Below the pieces are notes generated by a model. It saw only the letters and a list, made by a program, of their open reading frames with translations, ran no database searches and was not told the DNA's origin. A DNA stretch of 64,000 nt from Mytilus edulis (taxonomy: Eukaryota): contig NC_092347.1 of assembly GCF_963676685.1 (NCBI RefSeq), positions 17,174,001 through 17,238,000 of the forward strand, written 5' to 3'. The position numbers and the translations under genes were made by a program. Of this stretch, positions 13,137-23,919 are shown one piece after another (position 1 is the stretch's first letter; the number at the start of each line of letters is the position of its first letter).

Positions 13137-16100
13137 TTACAACTGAATGGGTTTCCTTAACTGTGATAGACAATCGTCAACTTGATGAGAAATATATTTC
13201 GCTGTATTGGAATGAGATTTCGATTGGTCTCGTGATATTTGCTGTTCACCTAATGTCCCATTGCTATCCTCCATGTTATGTATATATCGATTAGTACGCT
13301 TTTTAAGGGGTCGTGTATCCATTGGTGTTGTGACTTGTCTCCCAGGGATTGTATTATGGTTAATATAACTATCAGAATGATCATTACAATCTATCACCAT
13401 ATTTTTTGAACTGATGTCTGAGTCGGAGCTGCTATTTTCGGAATCTATTTCAATGGCAGAATTGCTTTCATAACGTTCCTCGTTTTCATGTCCTCCCAGA
13501 ACGTTGATGGCATTTGTTATGCTGTTACCAAAACTGGTATCCATTTTATCATTTTGTCTGTTGTCGTCGTCCTGCCTTGTAAGAGTCAAAGCAACAGGTA
13601 TTGGACATATATCAAAGTCACTGGGACAGTTAACAATCTCAGCTTTCTCTTCAACAAAAAACGTGTCCAGCTTCTCTGATTGTTCTGAAGGTTTTTGTTG
13701 CTGGTCATTTCTTAAGTATTGTTGCCAGCTGAAAAATAGAAGTGTAAAATCAAAAGTAGTCACTGTATACACATTACCATTTGCATTTATTATTGGTTTC
13801 ATTTCCAGAACTGGTAGATACATTTGTTTTTATTAAATTCTTACAAAATCATCCACATTTAGTTTATCGTCTTCACCCTTTTCTTTTTCTCTACAGAAGT
13901 AGGTACAATGTATATTTTATTGAAGAGGTTCTTACCTTGAGACATCCACATTTAGTTTATCGTCTTCTCCCTTTTCCTTTTCTCTACAGAAGTAAGTACA
14001 ATGTATATGTAATTGAAGAGGTTCTTACCTTGAGACATCCACATTTAGTTTATCGTCTTCTCCCTTTTCCTTTTCTCTACAGAAGTAGGTACAATGTATA
14101 TGTAATTACAGAGGTTCTTACCTTGAGACATCCACATTTAGTTTATCGTCTTCTCCCTTTTCCTTTTCTTTACAGAAGTAGGTATAATGTATATGTTATT
14201 GAAGAGGTTCTTACCTTGAGACATCCACATTTAGTTTATCGTCTTCTCCCTTTCCTTTTCTCTACAGAAGTAGGTACAATGTATATGTAATTGAAGAGGT
14301 TCTTACCTTGAGACATCCACATTTAGTTTATCGTCTTCTCCCTTTTCCTTTTCTCTACAGAAGTAAGTACAATGTATATGTAATTGAAGAGGTTCTTACC
14401 TTGAGACATCCACATTTAGTTTATCGTCTTCTCCCTTTTCCTTTTCTCTACAGAAGTAAGTACAATGTATATGTAATTACAGAGGTTCTTACCTTGAGAC
14501 ATCCACATTTAGTTTATCGTCTTCTCCCTTTTCCTTTTCTCTACAGAAGTAAGTACAATGTATATGTAATTGAAGAGGTTCTTACCTTGAGACATCCACA
14601 TTTAGTTTATCGTCTTCTCCCTTTTCCTTTTCTCTACAGAAGTAGGTACAATGTATATGTAATTGAAGAGGTTCTTACCTTGAGACATCCACATTTAGTT
14701 TATCGTCTTCTCCCTTTTCCTTTTGTCTACAGAAGTAGGTACAATGTATATGTTATTGAAGAGGTTCTTACCTTGAGACATCCACATTTAGTTTATCGTC
14801 TTCTCCCTTTTCCTTTTGTCTACAGAAGTAGGTACAATGTATATGTTATTGAAGAGGTTCTTACCTTGAGACATCAACATTTAGTTTATCGTCTTCTCCC
14901 TTTTCCTTTTCTTTACAGAAGTAGGTACAATGTATATGTAATTGAAGAGGTTCTTACCTTGAGACATCCACATTTAGTTTATCGTCTTCTCCCTTTTCCT
15001 TTTCTTTACAGAAGTAGGTACAATGAATATGTAATTGAAGAGGTTCTTACCTTGAGACATCCACATTTAGTTTATCGTCTTCTCCCTTTTCCTTTTCTTT
15101 ACAGAAGTAGGTACAATGTATATGTAATTGAAGAGGTTCTTACCTTGAGACATCCACATTTAGTTTATCGTCTTCTCCCTTTTCCTTTTCTTTACAGAAG
15201 TAGGTACAATGTATATGTAATTGAAGAGGTTCTTACCTTGAGACATCCACATTTAGTTTATCGTCTTCTCCCTTTTCCTTTTCTCTACAGAAGTAGGTAC
15301 AATGTATATGTTATTGAAGAGGTTCTTACCTTGAGACATCCACATTTAGTTTATCGTCTTCTCCCTTTTCCTTTTCTTTACAGAAGTAGGTACAATGTAT
15401 ATGTAATTGAAGAGGTTCTTACCTAGAGACATCCACATTTAGTTTATCGTCTTCTCCCTTTTCCTTTTCTTTACAGAAGTAGGTACAATGTTTATTTTAT
15501 TGAAGAGGTTCTTACCTTGAGACATCCACATTTAGTTTATCGTCTTCTCCCTTTTCCTTTTCTCTACAGAAGTAGGTACAATGTATATGTAATTGAAGAG
15601 GTTCTTACCTAGAGACATCCACATTTAGTTTATCGTCTTCTCCCTTTTCCTTTTCTTTACAGAAGTAGGTACAATGTATATGTTATTGAAGAGGTTCTTA
15701 CCTAGAGACATCCACATTTAGTTTATCGTCTTCTCCCTTTTCCTTTTCTCTACAGAAGTAGGTACAATGTATATGTAATTGAAGAGGTTCTTACCTTGAG
15801 ACATCCACATTTAGTTTATCGTCTTCTCCCTTTTCTTTTTCTCTACAGAAGTAGGTACAATGTATATGTAATTGAAGAGGTTCTTACCTTGAGACATCCA
15901 CATTTAGTTTATCGTCTTCTCCATTTTCTTTTTCTCTACAGAAGTAGGTACAATGTATATGTAATTGAAGAGGTTCTTACCTTGAGACATCCACATTTAG
16001 TTTATCGTCTTCTCCCTTTTCTTTTTCCTACAGAAGTAGGTACAATGTATATGTTATTGAAGAGGTTCTTACCTAGAGACATCCACATTTAGTTTATCGT

Positions 16101-19100
16101 CTTCACCTTTTTCCTTTTCTCTACAGAAGTAGGTACAATGTATATGTTATTGAAGAGGTTCTTACCTTGAGACATCCACATTTAGTTTATCGTCTTCTCC
16201 TTTCTCCTTTTCTCTACAGAAGTAGGTACAATGTATATGTAATTGAAGAGGTTCTTACCTAGAGACATCCACATTTAGTTTATCGTCTTCTCCCTTCTCC
16301 TTTTCTCTACAGAAGTAGGTACAATGTATATTTTATTGAAGAGGTTCTTACCTTGAGACATCCACATTTAGTTTATCGTCTTCTCCCTTCTCCTTTTCTC
16401 TACAGAAGTAGGTACAATGTATATGTTATTGAAGAGGTTCTTACCTAGAGACATCCACATTTAGTTTATCGTCTTCTCCCTTTTCCTTTTCTCTACAGAA
16501 GTAGGTACAATGTATATGTTATTGAAGAGGTTCTTACCTTGAGACATCCACATTTAGTTTATCGTCTTCTCCCTTTTCCTTTTCTCTACAGAAGTAGGTA
16601 CAATGTATATGTTATTGAAGAGGTTCTTACCTTGAGACATCCACATTTAGTTTATCGTCTTCTCCCTTTTCCTTTTCTTTACAGAAGTAGGTACAATGTA
16701 TATGTAATTGAAGAGGTTCTTACCTAGAGACATCCACATTTAGTTTATCGTCTTCTCCCTTTTCCTTTTCTTTACAGAAGTAGGTACAATGTTTATTTTA
16801 TTGAAGAGGTTCTTACCTTGAGACATCCACATTTAGTTTATCGTCTTCTCCCTTTTCCTTTTGTCTACAGAAGTAGGTACAATGTATATGTTATTGAAGA
16901 GGTTCTTACCTTGAGACATCCACATTTAGTTTATCGTCTTCACCCTTTTCCTTTTCTCTACAGAAGTAGGTAGAATGTATATGTAATTGAAGAGGTTCTT
17001 ACCTAGAGACATCCACATTAAGTTTATCGTCTTCTCCCTTTTCTTTTTCTCTACAGAAGTAGGTACAATGTATATTTTATTGAAGATGTTCTTACCTTGA
17101 GACATCAACATTTAGTTTATCGTCTTCTCCCTTTTCCTTTTCTCTACAGAAGTAGGTACAATGTATATGTAATTGAAGAGGTTCTTACCTAGAGACATCC
17201 ACATTTAGTTTATCGTCTTCTCCCTTTTCCTTTTCTCTACAGAAGTAGGTACAATGTATATGTAATTGAAGAGGTTCTTACCTTGAGACATCCACATTTA
17301 GTTTATCGTCTTCTCCCTTTTCCTTTTCTCTACAGAAGTAGGTACAATGTATATGTAATTGAAGAGGTTCTTACCTTGAGACATCCACATTTAGTTTATC
17401 GTCTTCTCCCTTTTCCTTTTCTCTACAGAAGTAGGTAGAATGTATATGTAATTGAAGAGGTTCTTACCTTGAGACATCCACATTTAGTTTATCGTCTTCT
17501 CCCTTTTCTTTTTCTCTACAGAAGTAGGTACAATGTAAATGTTATTGAAGAGGTTCTTACCTTGAGACATCCACATTTAGTTTATCGTCTTCACCTTTTT
17601 CCTTTTCTCTACAGAAGTAGGTATTATATGGATCTCTTTCTACAATGGTATCATCTATTGGACCTGAAAGGTAAAGTAAAGTACTGTTTCAAATAAAAAC
17701 AAAACAGAGACAACATTACAACAACTCTTCAATTAAATTACAGTATTGCTATTCTGTAATACATGTACATCACAAAAAAGAGTAAAACAGATCCACAACC
17801 CTAAATTGAAAACTCCTCGAGTCGAATTCTTCTGAAACCGGTTTTATGACAATGGAATGTATCTAGTACTAGTATTAGCTGTTTGGAATGATTTGATTGC
17901 ATCTTTTTTCATGTTGCAGTATCTTGTTGGTTTTATAACAAGTTCGTTTCTCAACATCAAAAGTAGTGATTTGTCGCAAAATAAAGCAAATTCAAAGACA
18001 GTCAGAAAAAGAACATTCATTTGGAAAATATGTTAGAAATATAAAAATCATGAGAAGTTATTACCCTCAAACATGTCGTCCACGTGAGATTCCTGCTCTG
18101 CTGGTGGGAACGGGAACGGCCAAAAGTCTTCTGGATGTTCCTCTCTCAGCTGTGTCGTACTTCCGGGAAGAGTGGTAGAGGCAAGCTCTGAATCATCATC
18201 GGTAGTCTTGTCTGTGTCTAAAGTGTTGCTATGGTCTGCTTTCTTTGATTTCTTTGAAGACCTAGAACCATATTTGATTAAAAACAAAATGCAATGTTGT
18301 TTGGTGCAATCACGCGTATTCTTTAACTAACATTTCAATTACCTCATATACATATTGTGTAAGAGAATGATATAAACACACTGCAAGCTCTTCTGATTAC
18401 TTAAAAAAATCTGAATCCACTTCTTCTTATGATACTCTGCTACAGCAATCACAGGTTGAAGATTGAAGACCATCATTCTGATCCAATTATTTAAAGAAAA
18501 ATCTAGTTCAGTAAAATAGGCCGAACGAATAGTATATAAAAAAGGGTAGAAATGTTAACATGCAAAATGCCTTACGATTTTTTATTATCACTGTCCTTTT
18601 TTCTTGTCCTCTGTGCTTTCTTTGTCTTTAGCTCTTTATCCTCTACTGGCTTGTCAGTATTGTCCTTAGCAGACGTCTCGGGTGCTTGATCTTTCTTACA
18701 TACTTCATTTGTCTTTTCATTCTTTTCTGTTGCATTACAGGCTTTGCTTTCCAATGTGATAGGATGATGAACTGTTTTCCCAACTGCTTCAGCTTGAATC
18801 TTTGCCTGTAAGTCTGCTGGAACAGCTGAATTCATAAAAAGTTATATCTGTGTTCATTGGATAGAAAAAAAATGAATTATTTATATAATGCAGAAATAAA
18901 TGATAGACGATAGCTCACTAAAATAAAATTCAGCTCACTGTCACAGGGCATGAACACAAGTATTCGTCGCATATATAAGTTTTTGCTACATTGTCTCGTC
19001 TAGGAAGAATATCGCAGAGCACGGAACAGAAGGTAGACAAACTGGATATACAAATGACGCATGCCATGGTCTGAAGTTTCCGACTTGCATTATATGTCTA

Positions 19101-22100
19101 TCGTCCTTGAACTCAATTTCATAGTCCAGTTCATTTTCACTGAAAATGAATGTATGGTGCATATATATCTGTCAACATTTTATAGCGATATACAAAATAA
19201 TTTATTGTTATGCATAAATCAGCCCATTGTATTTTTTTCTTTCATATTCTTTAATATGTTAACATATCCGACCCGTTTTTCGATGAATATACGGTATATT
19301 CTCATTGTTGGGGGTCGTACGGTTACCTATACATGCTTGGATCCGCTCCATTTGGTCTCTGGTAGCTAGTTGTCTCATTCATTGTCAATGACATTACATG
19401 TACTTATTCTAAAAAAAAAATAGGTATTGGCCATGTCCATCCGAAAGTGTGCAACTGAATTTGTTTATGGTTTATTGATCAATGTTGACTTCTCGTTATT
19501 TTGGTCCAGACCTTACTTTCCCGAGACATCATTAAAAGTATAATACACGTTAAATGGACATCATCTATAATCATTCTAACTAATCATACCTTTAAGTCTC
19601 TCAGTGACCACAGGCGGTCTACCCCTCGGAGCTGGTATTTGAACAGGAACTGGTTTGGGGTGTATTATTGTGACATTTTGTACGGCATTGTAGTCAGGTA
19701 TTCCTGCTGTTTGTAATCTTGGAACGTCTTGAAAAGGAAGCTGATTTCCTGAGCATGAATATAAACATATGATATATAATCATCCCAAGTCTTATATGGA
19801 TGTATATGTTACAAAATGCCTAAATCTATAAAATGCCTGTAACATATATATATTGATTAGACCAAAATATTTTAGTAACTGATTTTTATGTATGATTACT
19901 AGTATAAAGAGCCCTAAATGATAAAGACAGTTGAATAAAAATGTGATATGATATTCAGTGTTGCGGTATATAAAGATGGATGTTTATTGCTGCGTACATT
20001 CAGTGATCATAGTAATAAGTGGTGCTGTATAGAGGTAAATATAAATAACATACCATTCAAGAAATTCCTTGGCTGGAATGGCTGTCCGTACATGGGATAT
20101 TGCATTGGTTGAACGATTCGTAGTCCTGGCGGACAGACAAATTGGTTACCTTGAGGTAGCATCGTTACAGGTTGAATAGGCATTACATTACGGGGTAATA
20201 TTGGTCTGTTTTGTTGTCCAATAAAATTAACAAAAGGTCCTTGAGGTGTCGGTGCAATTTGACTTGCAGCCATTTTTGGCCGACTTTCGTTGTATTTACT
20301 CCATAGCTGTCTGTGATTTAGAGTGGTTCCACATTCCTCGACGCCTTTCTTTGTCGATGGCTCTGGTTGATAAATCCAATCTAAAATTATTGAATTCTGA
20401 TGATTTAAAGAACAAAATAAATCAATTTAAGGTCCAAATTTTAAACAAATCATTAATTTCAATTGTTCTTTTTTTTTCTGTTGGGTATCGTCGTATTTTG
20501 TTAACTCTTTGTATGGTCCTCTTGAAGTCAACCATCCGTCAGTTTTAAATGGTTTAGATTTTTAGGGGAAAGCATTAGGCCATAGTATAAACTCTGAACT
20601 ATTTAACTTGAGGAGCCAACAATTCTTCATAGATTATAAGAATGATAATTTTGAGTTAAACCTAAAAGAATCGATTTAAGAATTGATTTGATCATAACGA
20701 AATAAAGAGGTATGCATGATTATTCACTTAAAACTTATAGAAAATTTAATGAAGTTATTTTATATTAAGGGGCCTCGTGCGTATAAACCATTTTTTTTTC
20801 AAATATAGGATTTCCCTTTATTTTTCTACAAATGAACTTTATCTCGTACTTTTAAAATTGAAAGATGAAATAAAAAATGTAGTCACCGATCATTTAAGCT
20901 CACAATCTGCCTTCGAAAGAAGCAGACGTTTTTTGTAAAATTACTTTTTTTCTGTTGAACTAATAGGAGAAATAAAGGTAATATCGAACTTGAAAAAAGA
21001 AAAACTAAACTACAGATATTACCCAAATTTTACAATAGTTTAGTTTAAGTACAGCTTATTTGAAAATAATAATAAAAAATATAGGTCATCGATGAGTTAA
21101 AAAAGATATTTCAATTTTAATGCCAAAAAAATGGCATTTTTGCACTAAAGGGAGATAATTTGGAGCTTTTTCAATGATATATACATTTTGAAAGTCATCT
21201 GGGGCCAAAACGAATTGATTTTTTTGAATGAGTTTTGTTCCATATGATAAAGTAACAACTAATAAAGTAATAAATCAAATGTGTAATGAAAACAAAAACG
21301 TTTATTTTTTTTCTGAAATTTTGATACCCGCAAGCCTCCTTAAATGGTTTGATAAATTCTCACTTGAAATCTATTTTAGATACAATTTCTTCTGTTAAAT
21401 CTTATCCTCGGGGTTGTTTTCACAATATCTTTATAGAGATCCTTTTTTAAATCCGTTTTTTTAAATTATAAACCATGATAGCAGAGTTCGCGAAATCTTT
21501 TTTTCCCTAGTGGTCCTTCAAAAAAATCTACTGGACCTCACTACTAATTCTATTGAAAAATACTAAAATTGTGTCAGTCCTATGCAAAATTTTGGTGGTA
21601 AAATCCTGAGGACTGACACTTTTCGTGAACTCTGTGATAGCAGCAAGAAAATATTTACCCCCCCCCCCCCCCCCTTTTTCAAAAAAAGTAAAACCTACTG
21701 CATGGAAAAATATATTTAAATTCGATATAACGGATTTCTATGAACTATTGCAATAGTCTAGAATTGTTTTAACTGAATCCGAGCATCTTCGTCTTAATTT
21801 TAATTGCTTTTCACATTATTTGAAGCACTTATACGTTAAAGAATCAGCTAATTGGGGGAAAAGTAAAGAGACAGTCCATACAATCTCTACAGTCACATGA
21901 AAATCCCAGAACCATAGGAGCATCGCTTTTATTGTTTTTCTTCCTCTCACAGTCAATATATGAAATGTAAAGCTGACAGAAATAGATTAGTGAATCCGTG
22001 ATTTTATGGAAAATGATGTAGAAATTGTTATTTCATGAACAGTTTTCATCATTTGATGCAGGGTTTACAATTCTACAGTAAAAGAGAGTTCCATTAGTAA

Positions 22101-23919
22101 TTTTGTGAGTGAATTGTAATACTGCGAACCTGGGAAGTCTTGTCTGTGTCTTGCTTTAACCCTTTCTGCTTCCATGTAGTACTTCTGCTTCTCATCCTTT
22201 GCCAAATGACTCCACAACTCTCCCAATTTGACACTTATCTCAGCATTTGATGCATTTGGGGTTTCCTCAGCCAGCTTTCCTCTTGCTGTTCTTGCCCAGA
22301 TCATAAAGGCATTCATTGGACGTTTTATCTTACCATTCTTATTCCGAGAACTTTGACCAGGTGTTCTATACGGTATCCCAGTACCTAATAAACGTGAACA
22401 TGTATATGATATACATTTTAGTTACAAGTTTGTATTTATATGCAGGAATACAACTTTGAATTATATTTCAGACTTTAGTATAATGTCTAAACATTACTTA
22501 TTAGTTGTTATAGTAATATTGTCTTTGAATTAGCTTTTAATGACTGCGAATACTCTCAGATCAGTACTTTGTGTGTCTAGTCTTAATGTTAGTTTTTTTG
22601 TTTTTGTGTTATTGAATTCATATCTATAAAAACATAAGAGGAATCTTTAAATAGCAATGTTGCATAAACAAGTCACTCATCGTGTTTCTTGTGTAATTAC
22701 TAATCCGATGACAAGTCTCATTCGATAGTTCACATCCGAGGAAAAGAGGACGGGCTTGAGGTTACGACAATTGGAACATATCTGTCGTCATCTATATGAG
22801 ACAGATACTCAATTACGGTCATCTAACTCGTGATGACGACAGTAATCATGAAAGCAATGCATAGATTGAAGCCCTGAAATATCGTATCAACAAGGAGATT
22901 TTTAGACTCTTTAGGACGGCACTGCCGCAATGTTGCTGCATAGAAATAGAAAGTTCACAGTGGAGAAGATGAGATAAGTCATTAAAATTTTGTTCTCAAT
23001 CGACCCTTGGTGTAAATTTCTAGATGTACAAGTCAAAATTGGCGCAAATGAATTCAATATTCAGTCGCGGAACATCGGTGGCCAAGTGGGTAATTAGTTC
23101 ATCTATACAGTAACTACTATTTGTAACCTGTAAATATTGAGATTGTAAGTTCGAGTCCCAACCGTTGCAGGTAGCATGCCTATCTTAATTGCAGGGGATT
23201 GACATCTTTCCTCTTGAAGTTTTCGACAAAAAAAATTGTTGAGCAAAGAGTGTCGAATGTGGCGTATATATATAGCAATCTCAACAACCCTCTATCAATC
23301 AAACATTTTCTTGCACATTTTTTTGGAAGATAACTTTGAGCGCAAATTGTAATCTTACTGTCATATCAGTGCAATTGCCGCAAAACGAATGCTGCCATTT
23401 TATTTTATATGATGTTTAAACTTAAATTATAGATTTTTTTGTTCTAGGCAAATGTATAATCATGTATTGGAGTTTTTTGCCTAATTCTTATAAAAAATAT
23501 TATTTGTTTAAACTCAATAAAAATATACCTGGCATGAGAGTAGGTGCAGGATGCTTTCTTTTTGCTGGTAAATCTTCTGGTAGAAATCTTCTTTTTATAG
23601 ATCCATCTGCTGACATAAAGAAAATCTCTGTTTTCTGACATTCCTGAGGGTTTATGGCTTGAAATGGTGTTGCAACATTCAGCGCATTTGCAAGTATCGG
23701 CATTTTGTCTACAGGTTCGGGTGAATGACATACAACTGTCTTAACTGTTTCAATACCCCGTCCACCTTTCTGTGTTAAATTAGCCGAATTTGTTTTATTT
23801 ATGCAAAGTCCATTTTCATTTCCCGGCGATAAAGTTTTGCTGATTTCATTATCAGATGAAACATGTTCTGAAAGAATTTTGAGAACTTGAGAACAAGTGC
23901 CTAAAATGTCTTTTGACAT
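13137..23919 (-). CDS. SoxH: SoxH/Sox30-like HMG-box transcription factor; exons 23919-23529, 22384-22130, 20380-20054, 19748-19590, 18825-18576, 18261-18065, 17663-17561, [micro-exon array 17560-13850], 13728-13137; 757 aa without array exons
   Basis: The spliced HMG box KIKRPMNAFMIWARTARGKLAEETPNASNAEISVKLGELWSHLAKDEKQKYYMEAERVKARHRQDFPDWIYQP has the Sox RPMNAFM signature and the group-H-like NAEISV and FPxWxYQP motifs. All 8 exons join in phase with GT-AG sites. A P/Q-rich region follows the HMG box. Confidence 0.88.
13850..17623 (-). repeat. 93-bp tandem array, ~40 units, inside the SoxH gene; each unit is a 45-nt gtaaga...ctgtag intron plus a 48-nt candidate micro-exon
   Basis: Reverse complement reads AAG|gtaagaacctcttcaattacatatacattgtacctacttctgtag|AGAAAAGGAAAAGGGAGAAGACGATAAACTAAATGTGGATGTCTCAAG. 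The array is certain; exon use is inferred. Confidence 0.95.
20769..21339. mobile_element. Non-autonomous TTAA-specific DNA element (Kolobok/piggyBac-like) in a SoxH intron
   Basis: TTAA flanks both ends (20765-20768, 21340-21343); imperfect TIRs ggggcctcgtgcgtat / atacccgcaagcctcc. Confidence 0.65.
21482..21634. mobile_element. 153-bp MITE
   Basis: TIR cagagttcgcgaaa / tttcgtgaactctg (1 mismatch); tgatag directly repeated on both flanks. Confidence 0.75.
23064..23270 (+). mobile_element. tRNA-derived SINE-like element
   Basis: A-box-like GGTGGCCAAGTGG (~23077) and B-box GTTCGAGTCCC (~23149) with an over-long spacer; no complete cloverleaf. Confidence 0.55.

Noticed and set aside
13729-13823. 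N-terminus MYLPVLEMK.. of the 228-aa ORF (also 2865-2959) as a stand-alone gene start
   Set aside because: A pyrimidine-rich acceptor at 13729-13731 in the correct phase indicates this part is intron and the rest is the SoxH terminal exon.
13850-17623. Plus-strand strong acceptor (polypyrimidine + ctacag) in each unit as cdc25 recursive/micro-exon sites
   Set aside because: Explained as the complement of the purine-rich Lys/Glu exon. It lies beyond the cdc25 stop and has no coherent frame.
13850-17623. Stop-codon read-through translation of whole 93-bp units on the minus strand
   Set aside because: Every unit has TAA at the donor, and the frequent aataac variant adds a second in-frame stop.
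2917-17696. Long plus-strand ORFs of RHPHLVYRLLPFPFLYRSRYNVYVIEEVLTL repeats
   Set aside because: Antisense by-product of a 93-bp (31-codon) unit. Common variants are non-synonymous or nonsense in this frame, starts are non-ATG, and the frame breaks repeatedly.
23064-23170. tRNA gene
   Set aside because: A and B boxes are present but no acceptor stem or cloverleaf could be built; better explained as a SINE head.
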